Shown here in pieces: positions 57,673-64,000 of a stretch of DNA of 64,000 nucleotides. Location: assembly GCA_020445605.1 (NCBI GenBank), contig JAGRGH010000037.1, positions 177,949 through 241,948 on the forward strand, written 5' to 3'. Positions within the stretch are counted from its first letter, which is position 1, and every line of letters begins with the position of its first letter. Source of the DNA: Chromatiales bacterium (GTDB lineage: Bacteria; Pseudomonadota; Gammaproteobacteria; JAGRGH01). The notes beneath the pieces are model-generated. The model was not told the DNA's origin. It searched no databases and saw nothing but the letters and a program-made list of their open reading frames with translations. Made by a program: the position numbers and the translations under genes.

Positions 57673-59835
57673 TCAGTCCTGCACCAGGATCAGCCCGCCG
57701 AGCGGTGGCAGGTTCAGCCGGATGCTGAACGGCCGGTGCATCTCGGCGTGTTCACCGGCGATGAATTCCACGCCGGCCGGGTATTCGCTGCCGCCGTAAC
57801 AGGCGGCGTCGCTGTTCAGCGCGACACGGTAGCGCCCGGCACGCGGCACGCCGAGCGCGTAGTCGTTTCTCGGCACCGGCGTGAAATTCAGCACGACGAT
57901 GCACAGCGAATCGCCGGCACGACGCAGGAAGCTCAGCACCGACTGGCGCGCGTCGTCGCACTCCAGCCACTCGAAGCCCTGGGCCTCGAAGTCGTGCGCG
58001 TGCAGTGCGGTCAGGTCGCGGTACAGGTGGTTGAGATCGCGCACCAGTGACTGCACGCCGCGATGCGGCCCGCGTTCGAGCAGGTGCCACTCCAGCGCGG
58101 TTTCGGAATTCCATTCCAGCCCGTGCGCGAAATCGCTGCCCATGAACAGCAGCTTCTTGCCCGGATACGCCCACTGATAGGTGTAGAGCAGGCGCAGGTT
58201 CGCGAACCGTTGCCAGGTGTCGCCCGGCATCTTGTCCAGCATGGAACGTTTGCCGTGCACGACTTCATCGTGCGAGAGCGGCAGCACGAAGTTTTCCGTC
58301 CAGCTGTAGAGCATGCCGAAGGTCAGCCGGTGGTGATGCCAGGGACGGTGCACGGGATCGCGCTCGAGGTAATCGAGCGTGTCGTGCATCCAGCCCATGT
58401 TCCATTTCATGGAGAAGCCGAGCCCACCGTGATCGACCGGACGCGAGACCTGCGCCCAGGCCGTGGATTCTTCGGCGACGATCACCGCGCCCGGATGCTG
58501 GGCGTGGGCAACGCTGTTGAGCTGCCGGATGAACTCGATCGCGTCGAGGTTCTCGCGTCCGCCGTGTGGGTTCGGCAGCCATTCGCCCTCGCGTCGCGAG
58601 TAGTCGAGATACAGCATGGAGGCGACCGCATCCACGCGCAGGCCGTCGATGTGCATTTCGTCGAGCCAGTACAGCGCGCTGGAGAGCAGGAAATTGCGCA
58701 CCTCGTTGCGGCCGTAGTTGAAGATCAGCGTGCCCCAGTCGGGATGCTCACCGCGGCGCGGGTCGGCGTGTTCGTACAGCGCGCTGCCGTCGAAGCGCGC
58801 GAGCGCAAAGTCGTCGCGCGGGAAATGCGCCGGCGTCCAGTCCAGCAGCACGCCAATGCCGTGCTGGTGCAGGCGGTCGACGAAGGCGCGGAACTCGTCG
58901 GGCGTGCCGAAGCGCCGGGTCGGCGCGTAGTAGCCGGTCGTCTGGTAGCCCCAGGAGGCGTCGAACGGGTGTTCCATGACCGGCAGCAGTTCGACGTGGG
59001 TGTAGCCCATGTCCGCCACGTATCCGGCGAGCCGGTCGGCGAGTTCCAGGTAGTTCAGGAACTGGCCGTTGGCGTCGCGTTGCCATGAGCCCAGGTGCAC
59101 CTCGTAGACCGACATCGGCGCGTGGCGCCAGTCGCGCGCGGCGCGCCCGGCCATCCAGTCCTGGTCGGCCCATGCGTACCGCCCTTCGGCGGTGACCACG
59201 GATGCCGTGGCCGGGCGCAGTTCGAACGCGCGGCCGTAGGGATCGCTCTTCAGCCGCAGCGCGCCGTCGCGGGTGCGGATCTCGAATTTGTACAGGGTGC
59301 CGGCACTGACGCCCGGCACGAACAGCTCGAATACGCCGCTGGCGCCGCGCGAACGCATGGGGTGGCAGCGGCCGTCCCAGCGGTTGAAGTCGCCGACGAT
59401 GCTGACGCGCTCGGCGTTCGGCGACCACACCGCGAAGCGGGTGCCGGCGAAGCCGTCGACGGTCGCCTCGTGCGCGCCGAGGAACCGCCAGGCATGCCAG
59501 TGCTTGCCCTGGCCGAACAGGTGCAGATCGAATTCCGAGATCTGCGGCGGAAAGCAGTACGGATCATGGCGGCGGTGTTTGCCGCCGTCGTGGTCGCGCC
59601 AGACGATCTCGTAGCGCTCGGGAACACACCCGGCCGGGCCGGTCCACTCGAACAGTCCGGCGGGCTTGGCCTGCACCAGTTCGGGGCCGTCCGCGCCGAT
59701 CCGTGCACTGCTGGCGTGCGGCAGCAGGACGCGTACGGTCACATTCGCGCCGTGCGGGTGCCGGCCCAGCACCTCGAACGGGTCGTGGTGGCGGGCTTCA
59801 ACAATGCGATGTCGTGCGTCTTCGCTGGCGGCCAT
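57673..59835 (-). CDS. glgB: 1,4-alpha-glucan branching enzyme (GH13)
   Basis: GH13 catalytic regions ([28 protein letters not shown]) and N-terminal CBM48 region. ATG at 59835 inside the longer ORF. Confidence 0.95.
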   Translation of the reverse strand: MAASEDARHRIVEARHHDPFEVLGRHPHGANVTVRVLLPHASSARIGADGPELVQAKPAGLFEWTGPAGCVPERYEIVWRDHDGGKHRRHDPYCFPPQISEFDLHLFGQGKHWHAWRFLGAHEATVDGFAGTRFAVWSPNAERVSIVGDFNRWDGRCHPMRSRGASGVFELFVPGVSAGTLYKFEIRTRDGALRLKSDPYGRAFELRPATASVVTAEGRYAWADQDWMAGRAARDWRHAPMSVYEVHLGSWQRDANGQFLNYLELADRLAGYVADMGYTHVELLPVMEHPFDASWGYQTTGYYAPTRRFGTPDEFRAFVDRLHQHGIGVLLDWTPAHFPRDDFALARFDGSALYEHADPRRGEHPDWGTLIFNYGRNEVRNFLLSSALYWLDEMHIDGLRVDAVASMLYLDYSRREGEWLPNPHGGRENLDAIEFIRQLNSVAHAQHPGAVIVAEESTAWAQVSRPVDHGGLGFSMKWNMGWMHDTLDYLERDPVHRPWHHHRLTFGMLYSWTENFVLPLSHDEVVHGKRSMLDKMPGDTWQRFANLRLLYTYQWAYPGKKLLFMGSDFAHGLEWNSETALEWHLLERGPHRGVQSLVRDLNHLYRDLTALHAHDFEAQGFEWLECDDARQSVLSFLRRAGDSLCIVVLNFTPVPRNDYALGVPRAGRYRVALNSDAACYGGSEYPAGVEFIAGEHAEMHRPFSIRLNLPPLGGLILVQD

Positions 59836-59989
59836 TGCTCGATAGCATCGCGGGTTCGTACCCGCAGGGGATTGCGATAGGTCAAGCCTCGGCGAGTTAC
59901 GCCCGTGCATGGCTTGGCCGTGGGAGGGGCGATAGTATACTTACCGTCGTTCTCCGGCATCCCCGACCACCACCCCTCGCGAGCACTCC

Positions 59990-61258
59990 ATGGTTCAGGA
60001 AACCGGGCGGCGTTTTGTCAGCCGTCTGACACGTGAAACGCTGGCGCTGATTCTTGCCGGCGGGCAGGGCACCCGGCTGGCGGGGCTCACGCGCTGGCGC
60101 GCGAAGCCAGCCGTACCATTCGGCGGCAAGTTCCGCATCATCGATTTTCCGCTGTCGAACTGCATGAACTCCGGCATCCGCCGAATCGCGGTGCTGACGC
60201 AGTACAAGTCGCATTCGCTGATCGGCCATATCGTCAACGGCTGGTCATTTTTACGTGGCGAATTCGGCGAATTCGTTGAATTGTTGCCTGCGCAACAGCG
60301 CCTGAATCAGTCCTGGTATGCCGGTACGGCCGATGCGGTCTATCAGAATCTGGACATCATTCGTTCGCACGCGCCGGGTTATGTGCTGATCCTCGCTGGT
60401 GACCACATCTACAAGATGGACTATGGTCCGATGATCGCCGCGCACGTGGAGTCGGGCGCGGATCTCACGATCGGCTGCATCGAAGTGCCGATCGACCGGG
60501 CGAACCAGTTCGGCGTGATGTCGGTGGATTCCGACAACCGGATCATCGCATTCCAGGAAAAGCCCGCGGAGCCACCGTCCATGCCGGGGGACCCCACCCA
60601 GGCGCTGGCATCGATGGGCATCTATGTCTTCAATGCTCGCTTCCTCTACGAACAGCTGATCCGCGACGCCGATGAGCCGCGTTCCACGCATGATTTCGGC
60701 AAGGACGTCATTCCGCGGCTGATCGATCGTTACCGCGTGCTCGCGTTTCCGTTTCGCGATGCGAGCACCGGCGCGCGCGCCTACTGGCGTGACGTTGGCA
60801 CGGTGGATGCATTCTGGCAGGCGAACCTGGAACTGATTGGCGTGACGCCGGAGCTGAACCTGTATGACGATGACTGGCCGATCTGGACCTACCAGGCCCA
60901 GCTGCCGCCGGCGAAGTTCATCTTCGACGACGACAACCGGCGAGGCATGGCCGTGGATTCCATGGTCTCCGGCGGGTGCATCATCTCGGGCGCGTATCTG
61001 CGTCGCTCGCTCTTGTTCTCGCATGTGCGCGTGGAGGCCTCCAGCCGTGTGCTGGATTCCGTCGTGCTGCCCGATGCCATCATCGGCCAGAACTGCCGGA
61101 TTCAGCGCGCGGTCATCGACAAGGGCTGTTCCATCCCCGATGGCACGGTCATCGGCGAGGATCGTGCCGAGGACCGGCGCCGGTTCCATGTTTCAGAAGG
61201 CGGGGTTGTGCTCGTGACGCCGGAGATGCTCGGCGTCGAACTGCACCATGCGCGGTAG
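59990..61258 (+). CDS. glgC: glucose-1-phosphate adenylyltransferase
   Basis: [47 protein letters not shown], near-identical to the E. coli GlgC core. Confidence 0.95.
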   Translation: MVQETGRRFVSRLTRETLALILAGGQGTRLAGLTRWRAKPAVPFGGKFRIIDFPLSNCMNSGIRRIAVLTQYKSHSLIGHIVNGWSFLRGEFGEFVELLPAQQRLNQSWYAGTADAVYQNLDIIRSHAPGYVLILAGDHIYKMDYGPMIAAHVESGADLTIGCIEVPIDRANQFGVMSVDSDNRIIAFQEKPAEPPSMPGDPTQALASMGIYVFNARFLYEQLIRDADEPRSTHDFGKDVIPRLIDRYRVLAFPFRDASTGARAYWRDVGTVDAFWQANLELIGVTPELNLYDDDWPIWTYQAQLPPAKFIFDDDNRRGMAVDSMVSGGCIISGAYLRRSLLFSHVRVEASSRVLDSVVLPDAIIGQNCRIQRAVIDKGCSIPDGTVIGEDRAEDRRRFHVSEGGVVLVTPEMLGVELHHAR

Positions 61259-62966
61259 CGAAGGCGCCGCGGCACGACTGAAGGTCGTGCTGTGCTGGCA
61301 CATGCACCAGCCGGTGTATCGCGACCCGGCGGGTCGCTGGCGCCAGCCGTGGACCTATCTGCACGCGATCAAGGACTACAGCGACATGGCGGCCTATCTG
61401 GAGGCCGAACCCGCCGCGCGCGCCGTCGTCAACTTCGCACCGGTCCTGCTTGAACAGATCGAGGCCTACGCGCGCGAACTGCGCGCGATGCTCGACGGCG
61501 GTGCGCCGGTCGGCGATCCACTGCTCGCGGCGCTCAGCGAGCACGCACTGCCCACCGACGCACGGCCACGCGCGGCCCTGATTCGAGCCGCGTTGCGCGC
61601 GAACGAACAGCGCGTGATCGGTCGTTTCAAGCCGTTTCACGAACTCGTTGCCCTGGCGCATGCGGCACTCGATCTTGAAGCGCCTGCATCCAACGCCTGC
61701 TACCTCAGCGATGCGTTCGTCCATGACCTCGTGGTCTGGTATCACCTCGCGTGGATGGGTGAGAGCGTGCGCCGGGCACATCCGCTGATCGGCGAGCTGG
61801 AGAAGACCGCGCGTGGATTCACCGTCGGTCAGCGTCGGGCACTCGCGGAACTGATTCACGAGGTGATCGCGGGCATCATCGCGCGCTATCGCGCGCTCGC
61901 TGATTCGGGGCGCGTGGAGCTGTCCGTTACGCCCTATGCGCATCCGATCGTGCCGTTGCTGCTGGATTTCGAAACCGCGCGCGAGTCCATGCCGACCGCG
62001 CCGTTGCCGGAAGGCGAATATCCCGGTGGGGAGGCACGTGCACGCCGACACATCGAACATGGAATCGGGGTGTTCGAACAGTATTTCGGGCATCGTCCGC
62101 AGGGCTGCTGGCCTTCGGAAGGCGCGATCGATTCCGGTACCGCGCGTCTGCTCGGCGAATACGGCTTCCGCTGGGCCGCGACCGGCGAAAGCGTGCTGAC
62201 GAACACACTTGGGGATGCACGCTCGAAGTATCGCGGCAAGAGCTGGCTGTATCGGCCGTGGCAGCCGGATGAAACTCCGCTGGCGATGTTCTTTCGCGAC
62301 GACGGGCTTTCCGACCGCATCGGCTTTCAGTACGCGAGCTGGCATGCGGACGATGCGGTTGCCAACCTCACGCACGCACTGGCCGACATTGCCGCGCATT
62401 GCAATGATCCATCCCGGCGCGTGGTGTCGATCATTCTCGATGGCGAGAATGCCTGGGAGTACTACCCGGAAAACGCGCGCTATTTCCTGCCGGCCCTGTA
62501 CAAGAGCCTCGGCGAACACCCGGCGCTGGAACTGACGACCTTCAGTTCCGCGCTGAAGACCCTCAGGACCGAAACCCTGCCCACACCGCTGGTGGCCGGC
62601 AGCTGGGTGCATGGCACGCTCGCGACCTGGATCGGCGCGTTCGACAAGAACCGCGGCTGGGATCTGCTGGTCGCGGCCAAGAAGGCCTTCGACGAGGCCT
62701 GCGAAAGTGGTCTGAAAGGCGACCGGCTGGCGGCAGCCGAACAGCAGCTCAGCGTGTGCGAGGGCTCGGACTGGTTCTGGTGGCTCGGAGACTACAATCC
62801 GGGCGAAGCGGTGAGTGATTTCGAGCGCCTGTATCGCGCGCAACTGCGCGAGCTGTACCGGCTGATCGGGGTCGAGCCGCCGGCGGCGCTCGATGCCGTG
62901 CTCTCGACCGGCACCGGCACGCCGGCGACCGGAGGCGTCATGCGAACGGGACAAGCGACCGCGTGA
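61248..62966 (+). CDS. glycoside hydrolase family 57 protein (alpha-glucan branching/amylase-like)
   Basis: [12 protein letters not shown] and a (beta/alpha)7 barrel-type sequence typical of GH57. Overlaps the glgC end by 11 nt and the malQ start by 4 nt. Confidence 0.8.
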   Translation: MRGSEGAAARLKVVLCWHMHQPVYRDPAGRWRQPWTYLHAIKDYSDMAAYLEAEPAARAVVNFAPVLLEQIEAYARELRAMLDGGAPVGDPLLAALSEHALPTDARPRAALIRAALRANEQRVIGRFKPFHELVALAHAALDLEAPASNACYLSDAFVHDLVVWYHLAWMGESVRRAHPLIGELEKTARGFTVGQRRALAELIHEVIAGIIARYRALADSGRVELSVTPYAHPIVPLLLDFETARESMPTAPLPEGEYPGGEARARRHIEHGIGVFEQYFGHRPQGCWPSEGAIDSGTARLLGEYGFRWAATGESVLTNTLGDARSKYRGKSWLYRPWQPDETPLAMFFRDDGLSDRIGFQYASWHADDAVANLTHALADIAAHCNDPSRRVVSIILDGENAWEYYPENARYFLPALYKSLGEHPALELTTFSSALKTLRTETLPTPLVAGSWVHGTLATWIGAFDKNRGWDLLVAAKKAFDEACESGLKGDRLAAAEQQLSVCEGSDWFWWLGDYNPGEAVSDFERLYRAQLRELYRLIGVEPPAALDAVLSTGTGTPATGGVMRTGQATA

Positions 62967-64000
62967 ACGGCATTGGTACGCAGCGCCGTGCCGGCGTGCT
63001 GCTGCATCCGACTGCGCTGCCATCCGGGCGTCTCGACGGCGACGCAACGCGGTTCATCGACTGGCTCGGCGAGTGTGGCTTCGGCGTCTGGCAGATGCTG
63101 CCGCTGGGGCCACCGGTGGTCGGGCTCTCGCCATATTCATCCGCCTCTGCGTTCGCGGGGCATGCCGGCCTCGTGCCCGCCGAGTCAGCCGCACAGGCCA
63201 GTCATTCGGACATTCCGGTCGCCGATGTCTGGCTCGACGATTACGTTCTGTTTGCCACGCTCAAACAGCGCCTCGGCGGTGCGCCGTGGTGGCAGTGGCC
63301 GGAGCCACTGCGTGAACGCGAGCCGGGCGCGCTGGCACAGGCGCGCGAATCGCTCGCCGTGCAGATACAACAACTGAAATCCGAACAGGCGGAGTTCTTC
63401 GGGCACTTTGCGCGCTTGCGCGCACTCGCGCATGCTTCGAGCGTGTCCCTGTTTGGCGATCTGCCGCTGTTCGTCGCCGATGACAGCGCCGATGTCTGGG
63501 CCCATCCGCAGTGGTTCAAGCTGCATCGTGACGGGCCTGAACGTGGACGTCCGCGCGTGGTGGCGGGGGTGCCGCCGGATTATTTTTCCGCGACCGGGCA
63601 GCGCTGGGGCAATCCGATCTACGACTGGGACGCGCTCGCGCGCGATGGCTTCCGCTGGTGGCTGGATCGCGTGGCCGTGCAGCTTGCGCAGTTCGACCTG
63701 ATCCGGATCGATCATTTTCGCGGGCTCGCGGCGAGCTGGGAGATTCCCGCTGCCGATCCGGTGGCGACCGGCGGGACCTGGGTCGAGGTGCCGGGGGCGG
63801 CGCTGCTCGACGCAGTCAACGCCAGCCTTGGCGAGGTGCCGTTCGTGGCCGAGGACCTCGGCATCATCACGCCCGATGTCGAGCGCCTGCGTGAACGCCA
63901 CCAGTTGCCGGGTATGAAGATCCTGCAATTCGCCTTCGACAGTGACGATCTGAATCCGTATCTGCCGGCGAACCACGTCGAAAACTGCGTCGTCTACACC
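62963..64000 (+). CDS. malQ: 4-alpha-glucanotransferase (amylomaltase, GH77), 5' partial in window
   Basis: GTG start overlapping the GH57 stop (GTGA). RAGVLLHPTALPS...GFGVWQMLPLGP...SPYSSASAFAG...CVVYT(GTHDN expected just beyond the window). Runs off the window end. Confidence 0.85.
   Translation, partial: MNGIGTQRRAGVLLHPTALPSGRLDGDATRFIDWLGECGFGVWQMLPLGPPVVGLSPYSSASAFAGHAGLVPAESAAQASHSDIPVADVWLDDYVLFATLKQRLGGAPWWQWPEPLREREPGALAQARESLAVQIQQLKSEQAEFFGHFARLRALAHASSVSLFGDLPLFVADDSADVWAHPQWFKLHRDGPERGRPRVVAGVPPDYFSATGQRWGNPIYDWDALARDGFRWWLDRVAVQLAQFDLIRIDHFRGLAASWEIPAADPVATGGTWVEVPGAALLDAVNASLGEVPFVAEDLGIITPDVERLRERHQLPGMKILQFAFDSDDLNPYLPANHVENCVVYT

Overview
High-GC (~66-68%) proteobacterial chromosomal window, mostly core housekeeping genes in conserved synteny. 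Gene order: carA-carB-greA | yhbY (divergent) | rlmE-ftsH-folP-glmM | PGPGW membrane protein | tpiA-secG-tRNA-Leu(GAG) | 14-gene nuoA-N complex I operon with nuoC and nuoD separate | ICMT/PEMT-like membrane methyltransferase | suhB | trmJ-cysE | iscA | htpX | DUF1015-relA | purU | orphan ccoS | Fnr/Crp regulator | dapA-bamC | purL | lipoprotein and secreted protein (convergent) | thpR | GGDEF-EAL | ispG | dihaem cytochrome c and cytochrome c' | thioredoxin-TPR | FkbM methyltransferase and sulfotransferase | SAM methyltransferase-glgA-glgB (minus) divergent from glgC-GH57-malQ (plus). No rRNA genes, CRISPR arrays or intact transposase/phage genes were seen; one tRNA was found. The most unusual region is a low-GC (~55%) two-gene islet at 53.4-55.2 kb. 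It carries an FkbM-family methyltransferase and a carbohydrate-sulfotransferase-like (Sulfotransfer_2-type motif) protein, bounded on one side by a ~155-bp MITE-like palindromic repeat. A second, inverted copy of that repeat lies at 10.34-10.50 kb. The islet sits next to a further SAM methyltransferase and a glycogen/alpha-glucan cluster that includes a GH57 enzyme. Together these suggest a possibly undescribed glucan methylation/sulfation module. Long ORFs antisense to the housekeeping genes are GC-driven artefacts.
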